The notes: generated from the sequence alone by a model not told the origin. DNA of 64,000 bases from Bacillota bacterium (GCA_012518215.1 JAAYSV010000041.1:30931-94930), one strand, 5' to 3'. Counted from the stretch's first letter, positions 20,067 through 30,141 are shown. A program made the numbers and translations.

Positions 20067-20210
20067 ATATTCCGTGGATAAACTCCTGCGGTGCAGGAGC
20101 ACGAGGTGCCAGATACACTCAAGGCTACCTGAAGTACCGGACCCCGGGGCTTTGTCCCTGGATCATGACATGGTCCAGGGTAAATAATATCATTCAATGG
20201 ACAGAAAGGA

Positions 20211-20429
20211 GTGCTGCCGATGCTGGATCTATACATAAAGGATGGCTGTCCCCATTGCCGCGGACAGATCGAACAGCTGGAAAAGGAAGGTCTTTCCTAC
20301 CGGCTGCACAATGTTTCCCATGACCACGATGCCCTGAAAAAAGTAAAAGAAATTTACAACGCCAACAAGGTGCCCGTGCTCGTGAAGGGTGAAACGGTCC
20401 AATCGATCGGCTATCTGGGCAAGGGTTGA
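20211..20429 (+). CDS. Glutaredoxin-like / NrdH-like small redoxin (CPHC active site)
   Basis: 72 aa with CPHC near the N-terminus and thioredoxin-fold spacing. Good RBS (AAAGGAG). Confidence 0.6.
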   Translation: MLPMLDLYIKDGCPHCRGQIEQLEKEGLSYRLHNVSHDHDALKKVKEIYNANKVPVLVKGETVQSIGYLGKG

Positions 20430-20562
20430 GGTATCTGAGAGATGCCGCCGTGAGCGGCAACATCTTCCCTATAAAAATAAATCCCGAAGGCGGCCGACAG
20501 CAAACCCGCGCCGTGATGCAACCGTACCTGTTTAACGGTCGGCGCCGAAGGAGGAATCCTGG

Positions 20563-21297
20563 GTGAGCCATCCATACATATACCTGGGCGTAGCGCTGCT
20601 GCTGATCGTACCGGGTATCCTGATAAAACATTTCAAATTTTACTGGCTGATTGCCGGTTACAACACGATGTCCCGGGCGCGGAAAGAAAATGTGGACATC
20701 GAGGGATTGGGAAACTTTTTGGGCAATTGGCTCTTCACCCTGGGTGCCCTGTTTCTGCTCGCCGGGCTGCTCGGATACCTTGCCATCCCCTATCTTGACC
20801 TGATCTCCTGGAGCCTCTTCATCGCCGCCATCTTTTTCATACTGATAAAAGCACAGCGATTTGACCATAACCCCGTAACAAGAAGGGATCGGATCGTTCT
20901 GGGGCTGGTGCTGGGGGTTCTGGCTCTCTTCGGGCTGGCCGTTGCAGGAACGATGATCTACAGCAGCCTCCCGCCTCCCATCCAGGTGGAAGGTGATTCG
21001 CTGGAAATCGGGGGGATCTACGGGGTCAGCCTCCCCCTGTCCGACATCGAGGACGTTGCCCTGAAAGAGACGATGCCGCCGATCACCCGCAAGGTGAACG
21101 GATTCGATGCCGGCCCATTCAGAAAAGGCCATTTCGCGGTGGAAGACATGGGAAGGGGCAGGCTCTACCTGCAAGCATGGCAGGGTCCCTTTCTCTATAT
21201 TTTCCACGCTGACGGTTACGTGATCATCAACTGCCATGATCGGCAGATGACCGAGGAACTCTACCGCACACTGACCGGAACCACGGGCATCCAGTAA
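20563..21297 (+). CDS. DUF3784-like membrane protein with C-terminal bacterial PH-like domain
   Basis: Four predicted TM helices followed by a soluble ~110-aa domain. GTG start with GAAGGAGG RBS. Confidence 0.45.
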   Translation: MSHPYIYLGVALLLIVPGILIKHFKFYWLIAGYNTMSRARKENVDIEGLGNFLGNWLFTLGALFLLAGLLGYLAIPYLDLISWSLFIAAIFFILIKAQRFDHNPVTRRDRIVLGLVLGVLALFGLAVAGTMIYSSLPPPIQVEGDSLEIGGIYGVSLPLSDIEDVALKETMPPITRKVNGFDAGPFRKGHFAVEDMGRGRLYLQAWQGPFLYIFHADGYVIINCHDRQMTEELYRTLTGTTGIQ

Positions 21298-21595
21298 AGC
21301 AGAATGCATCTTTTCTCCCGGTAACCGGATACAGCCCGGACATGATCATCTGGTCTAACAAGTTTCCAGAGGAACGGTGGCCTTTCCTGCTACCCCCTAC
21401 AAAACTGCCACCTGAATTTACACCAGTATACCGGACACTTCTCGGGTGTGTAAAATCCATTTTATGGTGTAAATTCCCCCTTGAATTTTCTTTCGTTGCT
21501 CAAGCCACCTTATCATCTTTTGTCCCAACACTTCCTTTTCCCACGGTTTGCCTCTTTCCACTCCTGGTATCATTCCACCTTGAAGCAGGGTTTGA

Positions 21596-22378
21596 TCACA
21601 GCGTGGCCGTTTCATCCAGCCAGTGGGCCAGGTAGCGCCACACTCGCCGCAAGATGCGCAGTTGATGCCCGGCCCCGGGGAAGATAACCATTCTCTTGTC
21701 CATCCCCTTGCCCGCCCGCCGATAGAGTTCTTCCGCGTGCATACAGGGAACCATCTCGTCTTCATCGCCGTGCATGATCAGGAGGCGGCGGGGTGAAATC
21801 TGCTCTATTCTATCTGCCGGGCATACGCTCAGGAACCTCTTCAACCATTTCTCGGGGGAAGACAGGCTCTCTGGTTGCCGGAACATCCCCGCCGCTTTGA
21901 ACCAGCCCCACAGATCCACCCCCGGTAGCCGCTCGGTAAAAAACCTGAAGTCCTGCGGGCAAGCACCTAGGGCGAGGGCCGCAACCCGCCGATCATGAGC
22001 GGCAACCTCCACCGAGACGGCGGCGCCGGCGCTGAAGCCCAGCAGGATCAGGCCTGCAGGGTGAGGCCCGCAGGTGCGGAAATAATAGTCGATAACTTCC
22101 CGGAGATCTGCAGTCCAATCGACCAGATCGAGGTTGCCTCCGCTTGACCCGGTGCCGCGAAAATTGAAGATCAACGTGGCCAGGCCCCGACGGGAGAAGA
22201 AGCGTCCCAGATGCTCATAGCCCTGCCGTTTGGGGCTCCGATGGGTGCTGCCGGAGGGTATACCATGGCAGATGATCAGCCCGGCCCCTCGATCCATCCC
22301 CCCGGCCGGGACAAAAGCCTGACCCTTGATCTCTGCCCCGTCGATCGTGAGCGTAAAAAAACGGCCTGTTTCGTTCAT
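21596..22378 (-). CDS. Alpha/beta-fold hydrolase
   Basis: GFSAG nucleophile elbow, a catalytic D and a C-terminal HG..H motif. 260 aa. Confidence 0.7.
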   Translation of the reverse strand: MNETGRFFTLTIDGAEIKGQAFVPAGGMDRGAGLIICHGIPSGSTHRSPKRQGYEHLGRFFSRRGLATLIFNFRGTGSSGGNLDLVDWTADLREVIDYYFRTCGPHPAGLILLGFSAGAAVSVEVAAHDRRVAALALGACPQDFRFFTERLPGVDLWGWFKAAGMFRQPESLSSPEKWLKRFLSVCPADRIEQISPRRLLIMHGDEDEMVPCMHAEELYRRAGKGMDKRMVIFPGAGHQLRILRRVWRYLAHWLDETATL

Positions 22379-22430
22379 AATTATTTCTCCCGATTTGCGA
22401 CTTTTTTTTGCCTATCCCGACTCTCATGGA

Positions 22431-22446
22431 TATTTCCCGGGAAATA
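22431..22446. promoter_or_regulatory. Perfect 16-bp palindrome TATTTCCCGGGAAATA in the divergent hydrolase/DMT-transporter intergenic region. Candidate dimeric regulator operator
   Basis: Read directly. It is its own reverse complement. ~50 nt upstream of the hydrolase start and ~115 nt upstream of the DMT start. Confidence 0.3.
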
Positions 22447-22561
22447 CCGACCCTTTCATCTCCCGGCAGCGCGCATATTTCAAACATATTATGCCACAAT
22501 AAGTTTAGATCCGACTTTCTTGAAGTAAACGGCCGCTCTGCTGCTGTCGGCCGCTACAAAC

Positions 22562-23023
22562 ATGGAGACAATGATGAATTCATATTGGTCAGCCCTGTTG
22601 ATCGCCGCCCTGGCCGGAGCAGCAATGGCACTCCAGGGTTCATTAAATTCCGTTTTAAGCAAGGAGACAGGCCTGCTGGAGGCTACCCTGCTCGTCCACG
22701 TCATCGGCCTGGCCTTCCTGGGCATCCTCTTTGCCCTGAAACTCAATGACGGAAATCTGTTCGATGTGGGCCGGGCCCCGTGGTACAGTTTTCTGGGCGG
22801 TATTCTCGGTGTGGCCATCATCTACGGGGTAGTCGTGGCCATCCCCCGGATCGGGGTTGCCAGTGCCACCACCGCCATCATTATCTTCCAGGTTTCCACC
22901 GCCATGCTCATCGATCATTCTGGCCTGTTCGGCCTGCAGTCCATTCCTTTCAACTGGTACAAGCTGGTGGGGCTTCTGTCGCTGGCCCTGGGAGGCTATC
23001 TGGTGTTGGGGCAGGGAAAATAG
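22562..23023 (+). CDS. DMT-superfamily small membrane transporter (DUF606/YdcZ-like)
   Basis: 153 aa with 4-5 TM helices. Resembles YdcZ-family half-size DMT proteins. Confidence 0.55.
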   Translation: METMMNSYWSALLIAALAGAAMALQGSLNSVLSKETGLLEATLLVHVIGLAFLGILFALKLNDGNLFDVGRAPWYSFLGGILGVAIIYGVVVAIPRIGVASATTAIIIFQVSTAMLIDHSGLFGLQSIPFNWYKLVGLLSLALGGYLVLGQGK

Positions 23024-23028
23024 TCCGG

Positions 23029-23919
23029 TCAACGCATGTCAAGATCTTTGAGCATCTGCTGTTTGCCCGCCTCATCCAATATATAGTAATAAACCCCGTT
23101 TATATAGGCATCCTCCCCGGGGAGGTAACCGCTTTTTACCGAATCCAGATTGATGCGCAGCAACTTCTGGCCGAGCTGCGGCATTTTAAGCGGGGGGATA
23201 TTGGTGATGAGGTTGTCACCCAGCAAATTTACAAACCGGGGCATCTTGGTCACATTCGAAGCATTCAATGATTGCCTGGCAACGGCCAGAAGGAACTCCT
23301 GCTGCCTCTGGATCCTTCCGAAATCGGATCCTACTTTCCTTACCCGCACATAGGAAAGCGCCTCCCTGCCGGACAACCGTTGAGATCCGCTGCGCAGGAT
23401 AGGTTCAACCCGGGCGATTTCCGGTTCCACGTCGATAACGACTCCTCCCAGCAGATCGACGATCGCTTCAAAACCCTGCAGGTTGATGCGGGCATAATAG
23501 TTCATTTCCAGGCCCAGCAATTTCTCCACAGTTTCCAGGGTCAGCGGGATCCCCCCGTATGAATGAGCGTGGTTGATCTTGTCATAGCCGTAGCCCTTTA
23601 TGTTCACGTAGGTATCCCGTGGAATGGAAAGCATCGATGCCCCTTCCCCCTCCGGATCGAAAGAGACGACCATGATCGTGTCTGTACGGCTTCCGTCGGT
23701 GATATCGGCATCTATCCCCAGCAGGAGCACGTTTATGTTTTTGTTTTTTTGCGGGGGCCGGGGCGAAACGTAATGTTTTTCATCCTGTGCGGAACAGAAT
23801 ATGTTCTGCATCAAGGAGTAAAAATAAAAACTGGCAATGAGGACGATGATAAACAAGACGATAAAGACAGAATACAGGATTTTGGTTGCCCGCGAAGTTG
23901 GTTTTTTTCGGGAAGCCAT
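23029..23919 (-). CDS. LytR-CpsA-Psr (LCP) family cell-envelope phosphotransferase
   Basis: N-terminal TM anchor plus LCP core motifs (LLGID...R.DTIM, SIPRD). Confidence 0.8.
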   Translation of the reverse strand: MASRKKPTSRATKILYSVFIVLFIIVLIASFYFYSLMQNIFCSAQDEKHYVSPRPPQKNKNINVLLLGIDADITDGSRTDTIMVVSFDPEGEGASMLSIPRDTYVNIKGYGYDKINHAHSYGGIPLTLETVEKLLGLEMNYYARINLQGFEAIVDLLGGVVIDVEPEIARVEPILRSGSQRLSGREALSYVRVRKVGSDFGRIQRQQEFLLAVARQSLNASNVTKMPRFVNLLGDNLITNIPPLKMPQLGQKLLRINLDSVKSGYLPGEDAYINGVYYYILDEAGKQQMLKDLDMR

Positions 23920-23963
23920 CTTTCCGCTCCTTCCTCGTATCGATTGAAATAATCAAATGAATT

Positions 23964-25049
23964 TTATACGATATAGATCGGATTGCTGTAAATCCAGGGG
24001 CGGGGTTTCCCCCACCTGGGGCGATGATACACTTCCACGCGATAGGTGCCCCTTTCCAGCACCTTGAAGATCAGATTGTTTCCGATTCTATCGCCCACCT
24101 GTTCGCCATCCTTTATTATTTTTATCAACGGCTTGCGCCCCGGGGCTCGGATCATCAAGGAGGTACCCTCCCTGAATTCAAGTTCGGACCCCATGTGGGC
24201 TTTTTTTTCAGGGTTGAAAGCTCCGAAATAAAAAAGGCGGCTCCGGCCGTAACGGTCCATGCTGATGTAGCAACGCCCTTCACGCAAGGCATCGAAAATC
24301 TGATCCCTGGCTCTCTCGAAATTGGTGCTCATTTTCTCCTCGAGCATCACATAGGTGTTGATCGTGCGAAAAAGATCGAAATAGGGAAAGATGACCACCT
24401 TGAAAATCCCCAGGCGGAGATTGATGGCATGGGCATCGGTACCCCCTATGGCCACAACCTTCCGTTCCCGGGTCAGTTTATCCCACCTCTCGATCAATTC
24501 CCCGGGAGGGCCCTTCTTGATGGGGCCATCACGGTCAAAAAAATACCAGAACAAAATTTTCGGGACTGAGAGTGCCCCCGCCTTCCACTGCGAGCAGTAG
24601 TTCCACAGCTCTATTCCCGTGTAATCCTTCACTGACCAATCTTTCCAGGGAAAGGCAGCCCCATCGGTTACCAGCGGAGATCCCGTTTCCGCCGGATGAG
24701 CAAGAAAGCTGAGCCCCCCCTGCCGATTGATGGCATCAATCGATTTTTGCGGGGTATCCGTATAATCATCGATCGGATCACGGGTACCGAAGGCCAGCAG
24801 ATGGTTGGCTTTCTCGTGCAGCTCCACGCCCACGATGACCATCAGGTGCCCGTATTTGCCTTCCTCGGCAGCTCCTCCCCGGGTACGATGATCGGTGATG
24901 ATGATGAAATCCAGCCCCGCCCTGTTTGCTGCACCGATGATCTCTTCTATCGTTCCTGTTCCATCCGAATAGGTAGAATGGATATGGACGTTGCCCAGAT
25001 AATTGTACATTTTAGCCCTCGAGATATAGATATAGTGGAAAAGGAGCAT
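23964..25049 (-). CDS. PHP-domain (CehA/McbA-like) metal-dependent phosphoesterase
   Basis: N-terminal HIHSTYSDG and IITDH histidine motifs of the PHP fold. Confidence 0.7.
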   Translation of the reverse strand: MLLFHYIYISRAKMYNYLGNVHIHSTYSDGTGTIEEIIGAANRAGLDFIIITDHRTRGGAAEEGKYGHLMVIVGVELHEKANHLLAFGTRDPIDDYTDTPQKSIDAINRQGGLSFLAHPAETGSPLVTDGAAFPWKDWSVKDYTGIELWNYCSQWKAGALSVPKILFWYFFDRDGPIKKGPPGELIERWDKLTRERKVVAIGGTDAHAINLRLGIFKVVIFPYFDLFRTINTYVMLEEKMSTNFERARDQIFDALREGRCYISMDRYGRSRLFYFGAFNPEKKAHMGSELEFREGTSLMIRAPGRKPLIKIIKDGEQVGDRIGNNLIFKVLERGTYRVEVYHRPRWGKPRPWIYSNPIYIV

Positions 25050-25090
25050 CCATTTCCTAGATATGATACTTTGTCCTCAAATCCTTCTAC

Positions 25091-25133
25091 ATATAAAAAA
25101 TAACTGCAATTAAAATAAAATAACAATTGCAGT
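25091..25133 (-). terminator. Intrinsic terminator downstream of spoIIID (10-bp perfect stem AACTGCAATT/AATTGCAGTT, 13-nt loop, then a U-run on the minus strand)
   Basis: Stem and trailing ATTTTTTATAT read directly from the minus-strand sequence. Confidence 0.55.
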
Positions 25134-25250
25134 TCGATGCGGGTACACGTACCTGCCCTGTGGCCTTCAAATTTATATTGTAACAGATTAACAATCAATC
25201 CCCCGGCCCATACCATCCACGATGGCCTGCCGCCCATCACCCCCCGCAGT

Positions 25251-25499
25251 TCAGATTCCCAGATATTTTCGTCTCGTGGCTTCCCCTCCCCTGATATGGC
25301 GTTCGGCTTTGTTGTTCTCCAGTATTTTTTTCACTTCCCTGGCCAGATCACGATCCAGGTACGAAAGTCTTTCGGTTATATCCTTGTGTACCGTGCTCTT
25401 GCTCACGCCAAATTCGGCTGCTACTTTTCTTACGGTCGCCCCAGTTTCCAGAATATAATGAGAAATTTCCATTACCCTTTGCTCGATGTAACCCCGCAC
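25251..25499 (-). CDS. spoIIID: Stage III sporulation protein D, mother-cell transcription factor
   Basis: 82 aa. Helix-turn-helix block GATVRKVAAEFGVSKSTVHKD, identical in character to Bacillus/Clostridium SpoIIID. Confidence 0.85.
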   Translation of the reverse strand: MRGYIEQRVMEISHYILETGATVRKVAAEFGVSKSTVHKDITERLSYLDRDLAREVKKILENNKAERHIRGGEATRRKYLGI

Positions 25500-25576
25500 C
25501 GGGCGGCCCCCTTTAACATTATCCTTAGCTATAATTATGTTCAGCAGGGTGATTTAATGAATCAATACACGTTCAT

Positions 25577-26371
25577 TCAGGGCAAATATTTTATGGGGTC
25601 CACGCTTTTCTGCCCCAACCGGATTTCATAGTGCAGGTAGGGTCGCTCCAGCCCGCTATCAAGAATAGCCTTCCGTCCCACCTTGCCGATAATCCGTCCC
25701 CCTTCGACGCCATCCCCGGCCTGAACGTTTATTTCCGCAAGATTGCCATAAAACGTATGTATATCATCAACATGTTTTATGAGGATGGAAGAGCCGTACA
25801 GGGCATCGAATTCTTTGACCTCGACCACCTCCCCTTCCGCCGAAGCTATGACGGCAGAGCCTTCGGGAACACAGATGTCAATACCTCTGTGTATGCGCGT
25901 GCTGGTACTGCCCCTGGAAGTGAAACTTATCGTTTCTCCAAATCCTACTTCCACATTTTTTGCGCCACCCTCAACGGGCCAGAGCAACCCCGGATTGACC
26001 GTTCTCTCGCCATCGGCCACGGTCATGTCCGTTGCACCACCTGCCTCATCGGGTTGCAAGTCGATTACCGCTTCCGAAGCGGGTCCACTGCCTACCGAAC
26101 CGGAATGCCTCTCCTTTTCATCCCCATGATCAGCATTCCTGACGATCCCTTCCCTGCCCAGCTGGATCTCGGGATAGTAGGTCCTGGCCTTCCACAAAAA
26201 TATCCCGGTCAACACCAGTGTTGCCACGATATAAACTGCAGCGATCTTGAAATAAAGGGGTGCTTTTTTTACCCTCTGCCCCCACCTTTTCAAGACTCTG
26301 GCCAACTTCGCGGTGTTCTTTTTCCACACCGTGGTCATATTATTGATTATTCTGTCTACTTTTTCTTTCAC
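25577..26371 (-). CDS. spoIIQ: Membrane-anchored degenerate LytM/M23 domain protein, SpoIIQ-like
   Basis: N-terminal TM helix. M23 domain with HxxxD intact (HRGID) but TxYxHL changed to TFYGNL and HxH changed to YLH. Located between spoIID and spoIIID, as in Clostridia. Confidence 0.55.
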   Translation of the reverse strand: MKEKVDRIINNMTTVWKKNTAKLARVLKRWGQRVKKAPLYFKIAAVYIVATLVLTGIFLWKARTYYPEIQLGREGIVRNADHGDEKERHSGSVGSGPASEAVIDLQPDEAGGATDMTVADGERTVNPGLLWPVEGGAKNVEVGFGETISFTSRGSTSTRIHRGIDICVPEGSAVIASAEGEVVEVKEFDALYGSSILIKHVDDIHTFYGNLAEINVQAGDGVEGGRIIGKVGRKAILDSGLERPYLHYEIRLGQKSVDPIKYLP

Positions 26372-26415
26372 CGGACATCACCTCAAAAAGATAGTATCTC
26401 CCGCCAGGATCCAAT

Positions 26416-27492
26416 TTATTCCCCGGGCGGAACCACCAGGGGAAGTTCCTTTTTCCCGTCGGGATACACTGTCTTGATCTTGATGCCCGGGTAATAATGA
26501 AGGATGATCTGCTCGTAACCGAACCCGGTTCTGGCCATCCCATCGGCCCCGTACTGGCAAAGACCGACCCCATGGCCAAAACCCCTGTTTTCAAACAACA
26601 GGCCCTCTTCATGCACCTGTACGTCGAAAGCAGCGGAGGGAAGACTGAAAAGTTCACGGGCTTCAGACCCGCTGAGCCTGCAATCCCCGATACGTAAAAT
26701 CGAAACCCGGTTTCCGCGGGTAAGTTCTTCCACCTGCACGGCCGCCCCGTCGCCGGAAGCAAGCACATGCAGGCCATCACCGCCCCGATCCAAAAGGGCC
26801 GCATCTTCACGAGCGACCATTTTCTCTGTCCGGTAATAGGGAGAATGGCAACAGAAAAGGCATTCCCGGTCCTTCAAATATGGCAGTTCCGATCCTGCCC
26901 ACAGAGCTGCGGCATCCTCGGTCCGCCCGCCGCAGGTCGAGTGGTAACAGGAAAGGATCAGTTCATCATTGAAGGTTATTACCTCACCGGCTGTTTCGTG
27001 AACCGCACGGTAAATCCGCTGATATTTTTCCGGCTCATCCGCCGTCTCTTTCCAGGCCTGACAGTGAGAGCTATCCGTGCATATGTCAGCGTAAAAACCG
27101 TGACGAACACATCCGGAACCTCCAAAGAGCCGACTTTTCTTCAGTGTGTAGGTTCGGGCAGCCACCGCCTGCGCCTTCAGGGCCTCCATGGAAAAAGAGG
27201 TCGGCATCTCGGCAGCAACAACCCCGGCCAGGTATACTTCCAGGTTCATTTCCATTACTTTCTGCTCACGGGGATGATAAACCCGGACAAAAACATCCCC
27301 GGCAGCACCGAGGTCAGCAAGACTGTATGCCCGTTCGTCCACGGAGCATTCCCCCTCCATTCCCCGGCAAACAGTCGGGATGTAACTTGCAGATGGTAGT
27401 ACCCCGGGGGTCAAATTTTGCCACATGACCAGGGCTGGCAATACAAACATGACTACCAGAAGAAGCGAGTACATGATCAAGATCGAACGCAA
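26416..27492 (-). CDS. spoIID: Stage II sporulation protein D, lytic transglycosylase
   Basis: SpoIID/LytB domain motifs (SHCQ, CYHSTCGG). 358 aa. Confidence 0.85.
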   Translation of the reverse strand: MRSILIMYSLLLVVMFVLPALVMWQNLTPGVLPSASYIPTVCRGMEGECSVDERAYSLADLGAAGDVFVRVYHPREQKVMEMNLEVYLAGVVAAEMPTSFSMEALKAQAVAARTYTLKKSRLFGGSGCVRHGFYADICTDSSHCQAWKETADEPEKYQRIYRAVHETAGEVITFNDELILSCYHSTCGGRTEDAAALWAGSELPYLKDRECLFCCHSPYYRTEKMVAREDAALLDRGGDGLHVLASGDGAAVQVEELTRGNRVSILRIGDCRLSGSEARELFSLPSAAFDVQVHEEGLLFENRGFGHGVGLCQYGADGMARTGFGYEQIILHYYPGIKIKTVYPDGKKELPLVVPPGE

Positions 27493-27600
27493 TGCCCTTT
27501 ATCTCCCGTCTCTTTATCGAATGAGAAGTGAAACACCCCTCATCCGAGGGGTTGACGGTAAAATATATGAGGATGGTCTTCATGATTATGCCTGAAAGAT

Positions 27601-28887
27601 TCAAAGTGCCCGGGTCTTCTCACTACCCTTCTCCAGGCGGCGGGCATGGGCTCCCAACATTCTCAATTTTTGATCAAAATTGTAGTATCCCCGGTCAAGA
27701 TGCATCGTCCCGGAAATTTCGGTGCGGCCCCGTGCAGCCAGGCCGGCGATAGCCAGTGCCGCCGCCGCCCTGAGATCCGTGGCCTTCAGGGAAGCGCCGT
27801 AGATGCATTCATGCCCCTGAATGATCAGGTTGCGCCCCTCCACCTTTATTTCTGCTCCCATACGGGTCAGTTCCTCGACATGGCGGAAACGGTTTTCGAA
27901 AACGGTCTCCGTCACCATACCCACTCCCCGGGCTATCGCCAGCAGAACGGAGAACTGTGGTTGTAAATCCGTGGGAAAACCCGGGTAGGGAAGTGTCTTT
28001 ACATCCACGGAGCGGAGCCTATTTTCCGATTCTACCACGATGTCCCCTGTTGCAGTCTGTTCGATAGTCACCCCCGCCTCCGCAAGTTTGGCCACCAGTG
28101 GCTTGAGGTGATCGAAGACGACATTCTGGAGCGTGATCTTCCCGCCGGTGGCCGCCACGGCGATCATGAAGGTCCCCGCCTCGATACGGTCGGGAATAAC
28201 ATGGTGTCTTGTTCCCCCGAGGGATTCTACCCCCTCTATCTTCACCGTGGGCGTTCCGGCACCGCTGATAATCGCCCCCATGGAAGAAAGGAAATTTGCC
28301 AGGTCAACGATTTCCGGCTCAAGAGAAGCATTTTCAATCACCGTTACACCCCTGGCAAGGGTGGCAGCCATCATGATATTTTCCGTGGCCCCCACGCTGG
28401 GGTAATCCAGATAGACATGCGCGCCCCTCAATCCATCGGTAACCGCTTCAACATAGCCGTTACCAACGATAAATTCCGCTCCCAGAGCCGCCAGCCCTTT
28501 CCAGTGCAAGTCTATGGGCCGAACACCGATCGCACATCCTCCCGGCAAGGAGATCCGGGCTTTTTTCAGCCTGGCCAGAAGAGGGCCGATGACCAGAAAG
28601 GAAGCTCTCATCCTGCTGACCAGATCATGCGGAACCCTGTCGTCCAGCAGTTCGGGAAAATAAATGTTGATCCGATTCTGTTTTTTCCGATGGCGGATTT
28701 CCGCACCCAGTGTTTCCAGTATCCTGCCCATGATCTCCACATCAATCAGGTCGGGCACATCTTCGATAATCACCGGTTCCGATGTAAGCAATGTGGCAGT
28801 CATGATAGGCAGGGAAGCATTCTTTGCTCCATTTATTCTGACCGTACCATGCAGGGGTTTTCCTCCTTCGATCTCAATCATATCCAC
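27601..28887 (-). CDS. murA: UDP-N-acetylglucosamine 1-carboxyvinyltransferase
   Basis: 428 aa with EPT-fold repeats. Active-site-region Cys (LPGGCAIG) and conserved MurA blocks. Confidence 0.9.
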   Translation of the reverse strand: MDMIEIEGGKPLHGTVRINGAKNASLPIMTATLLTSEPVIIEDVPDLIDVEIMGRILETLGAEIRHRKKQNRINIYFPELLDDRVPHDLVSRMRASFLVIGPLLARLKKARISLPGGCAIGVRPIDLHWKGLAALGAEFIVGNGYVEAVTDGLRGAHVYLDYPSVGATENIMMAATLARGVTVIENASLEPEIVDLANFLSSMGAIISGAGTPTVKIEGVESLGGTRHHVIPDRIEAGTFMIAVAATGGKITLQNVVFDHLKPLVAKLAEAGVTIEQTATGDIVVESENRLRSVDVKTLPYPGFPTDLQPQFSVLLAIARGVGMVTETVFENRFRHVEELTRMGAEIKVEGRNLIIQGHECIYGASLKATDLRAAAALAIAGLAARGRTEISGTMHLDRGYYNFDQKLRMLGAHARRLEKGSEKTRAL

Positions 28888-29021
28888 AAAAAGACTCCTT
28901 TTGTCATTGATATTGGACCTTTTATTATATTAGTATTAAGGGTGGCGGAAGAAGGTGAATAATAAATCGGTTTTTGCTGCCCGGCGTTAACATCGGAAAA
29001 TCGAAAAAGGTACACTTTCGT

Positions 29022-29738
29022 TCAATAAGGCGTTGACAAACAAGGAGTTCCGGCATAAATTTTTGTTCTATCTTCCTGATGGTGAGACTTGACCACCAGA
29101 TTCAGGTTGATCTTTTTACCGTCAAGGTCTATTCCGGATGAAAAATAGGGTGAGCTTCCCAATACATTCAATGAATTCCGGTCACCCTTTTCCTCCATCA
29201 TCGTTCCCCCCATCGACCCCATGATGCATTCCATGATCGAAACCATATCCGCCTTGCTTGAATGTCGGTAAATGGTACCGGCGAGCGTAAAAGTGCTCGT
29301 CCCGCCGGTTGTATATTTTTTCAGGCCTTGCGATACTCCGGAGACAGCTTTGCAAACAGCGTCAGTTTCCTGACCGGTGACACTGAGACCCACACGCGAT
29401 TTCCGCCCGCCATCCTCGCTGTACAAAAGAAGGACCCCGGTGGCACCGGAAGGCAGGCACCCCCTGATCCTGTCCCGGCGGTACCCTCTGGCCAGATCCG
29501 GCGATGCAAAACCCGCTTCCCGAAATATGCCCAGTATTTCTTCAACGGAAGGGGAATCATGGCAGAAGGTAGCTCCGTAAAACCCTGTACAGCTGGTCTC
29601 CGCAACCCCGATTTCTTTCAGGGCTTCTTCCATCATTTTCAGCCCTTTGCTGTTCCTTTCATTCTGGCCGGCTCCGGCAATGGCAACTGCTCCGGAAACA
29701 AGGATGATGATACAGATGATAGCCATTTTTACACGCAT
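29022..29738 (-). CDS. ywmB: YwmB-family protein (DUF1779, TATA-box-binding-like fold)
   Basis: Signal/TM start MRVKMAIICIIILVSG at internal Met 35 of the track ORF, with GGAAGGA RBS. Sits upstream of murA as in B. subtilis. Confidence 0.55.
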   Translation of the reverse strand: MRVKMAIICIIILVSGAVAIAGAGQNERNSKGLKMMEEALKEIGVAETSCTGFYGATFCHDSPSVEEILGIFREAGFASPDLARGYRRDRIRGCLPSGATGVLLLYSEDGGRKSRVGLSVTGQETDAVCKAVSGVSQGLKKYTTGGTSTFTLAGTIYRHSSKADMVSIMECIMGSMGGTMMEEKGDRNSLNVLGSSPYFSSGIDLDGKKINLNLVVKSHHQEDRTKIYAGTPCLSTPY

Positions 29739-29842
29739 GTTCTGGATCCTTCCAAGGTAGTATTTTTCAAATATTATTGCCATTAACGGGGTGGAATATG
29801 AATGAGGGAAGTGGTGCCGCGAACAGAAATACCACGGCAAGA

Positions 29843-29872
29843 ATCAAAAAAACGCCGCTTTCGAAAGCGGCG
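29843..29872 (-). terminator. Intrinsic terminator: palindrome GCCGCTTTCGAAAGCGGC followed (minus strand) by GTTTTTTTGA
   Basis: Perfect 7-bp GC-rich stem with 4-nt loop and a 7-U run, read directly. Lies downstream of comEB and upstream of ywmB. Confidence 0.55.
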
Positions 29873-30141
29873 TTCAAAATAAGCAGTCAGCTCTTAGCGT
29901 TCTATTGTTTCTTGATCTGCACACTATTCATGATTATACAATTATCTGTTTCTATATCTGCTGGTGTTATTGCATAAAAGCTGACCGCCCATATTTTGTT
30001 TCGATTTAAAAAAGCCAATGAGGAAATCCGTTTTTTCCGCAAAATTTGTTTTTTCTTTGTAGTAGTTATCCCTTTCACATTCTATAAATACATGTTTCGA
30101 CATAGTTATTGTTTTTCCTGCTAAATAATTAAATTATTTAA

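Noticed and set aside
21342-21635. 97-aa ORF in the DUF3784/hydrolase convergent spacer
   Set aside because: Pro/Leu/Phe-rich low-complexity translation, no RBS, and it runs into the hydrolase gene on the opposite strand. The region is retained only as a possible non-coding element.
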